From an uncultured delta proteobacterium (GTDB taxonomy: Bacteria > Desulfobacterota > Binatia > UBA9968): 64,000 bases of DNA. Where the stretch lies: positions 288,001-352,000 of the forward strand of contig CAVYTU010000015.1 of NCBI GenBank assembly GCA_963771465.1. The letters run 5' to 3'. This document shows, piece by piece, positions 63,516 to 64,000 of the stretch (position 1 is the stretch's first letter; every line of letters starts with the position of its first letter). Position numbers and translations under genes: made by a program. The notes below the pieces were generated by a model. The model saw only the letters and a list, made by a program, of their open reading frames with translations. It was not told the DNA's origin and searched no databases.

Positions 63516-63824
63516 TTACTGAAGCTTGATCTCTACATCCACTCCCGCGGCGATATCGAGTTTACCCAAAGCGTCGATGGTCTGCTGCGTCGGCTCGAGA
63601 ATATCGAGCAGCCGTTTATGGGTACGAATTTCATACTGATCGCGCGACTTCTTGTCGACGTGGGGCGAGCGGTTGACGGTGAACCTTTCAATGCGAGTGG
63701 GCAGTGGGATCGGTCCCGCCACTCGCCCCCCGGTGCGTCTAACCGTCTCGACAATCTCACCCACCGATTGGTCCAGCACGCGGTGGTCATAGGCTTTCAG
63801 CCGAATTCTAATTTTCTCGTTCAT
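63516..63824 (-). CDS. rpsJ: 30S ribosomal protein S10
   Basis: [17 protein letters not shown] and [12 protein letters not shown]. Confidence 0.98.
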   Translation of the reverse strand: MNEKIRIRLKAYDHRVLDQSVGEIVETVRRTGGRVAGPIPLPTRIERFTVNRSPHVDKKSRDQYEIRTHKRLLDILEPTQQTIDALGKLDIAAGVDVEIKLQ

Positions 63825-64000
63825 ACATCATCATCCGACTTGCCATCAAACTTGGCGATAATTCCTTCAGCAACCGCTGCCGGAACCGGTTCATAATGGG
63901 AAAACTGCATCGTATACGTCGCTCTTCCTTGGCTCATCGATCGGAGATCGGTGGAATAGCCGAACATCTGCGCCAACGGCACCCGGGCATCGATCGCCTG
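63821..64000 (-). CDS. fusA: Elongation factor G, C-terminal 59 aa (partial, runs off the window)
   Basis: Manual translation ..[34 protein letters not shown]..; its stop overlaps the rpsJ start (ATGA). Confidence 0.95.
   Translation of the reverse strand, partial: QAIDARVPLAQMFGYSTDLRSMSQGRATYTMQFSHYEPVPAAVAEGIIAKFDGKSDDDV

Overview
Bacterial chromosomal window, almost entirely minus-strand. Gene order and protein style suggest a Deltaproteobacteria-like or Candidatus Binatia genome (inference only). The right half (31.7-64 kb) is core genome: the 3' end of fusA fused directly to the S10-spc-alpha ribosomal superoperon (no tuf, no rpmD, secY split by one extra base), cysD-cysNC, a small accessory block (cupin, beta-hydroxyacid dehydrogenase, KptA, MORN-like protein), then argS-SPOR-trpDCFBA-folC-lptD. 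The left half (0.6-31.6 kb) is a surface-glycan locus: Wzm/Wzt, many GT2/GT4 glycosyltransferases, an amino-sugar tailoring cassette, WcaJ and an O-antigen-ligase-like protein. Its AT-richer middle is decaying and holds four relic genes that the ORF track misses or fragments. The most notable items are four. (1) Two unrelated secreted enzymes, a metzincin protease and a PQQ sugar dehydrogenase, share a near-identical 640-nt DUF4214-like C-terminal tail and sit inside the glycan locus, suggesting a glycan-anchored surface display system. (2) A roughly 1000-aa GT2-coiled-coil-GT4 enzyme has a His-striped heptad rod encoded by 84-nt tandem repeats. (3) A small inverted-repeat family (CCCGGATTCCGCAG) abuts or supplies stop codons and brackets cysD-cysNC. 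(4) A sulfotransferase plus coiled-coil relic may link the glycan locus to that PAPS-synthesis cassette. All counts and alignments were done by eye.
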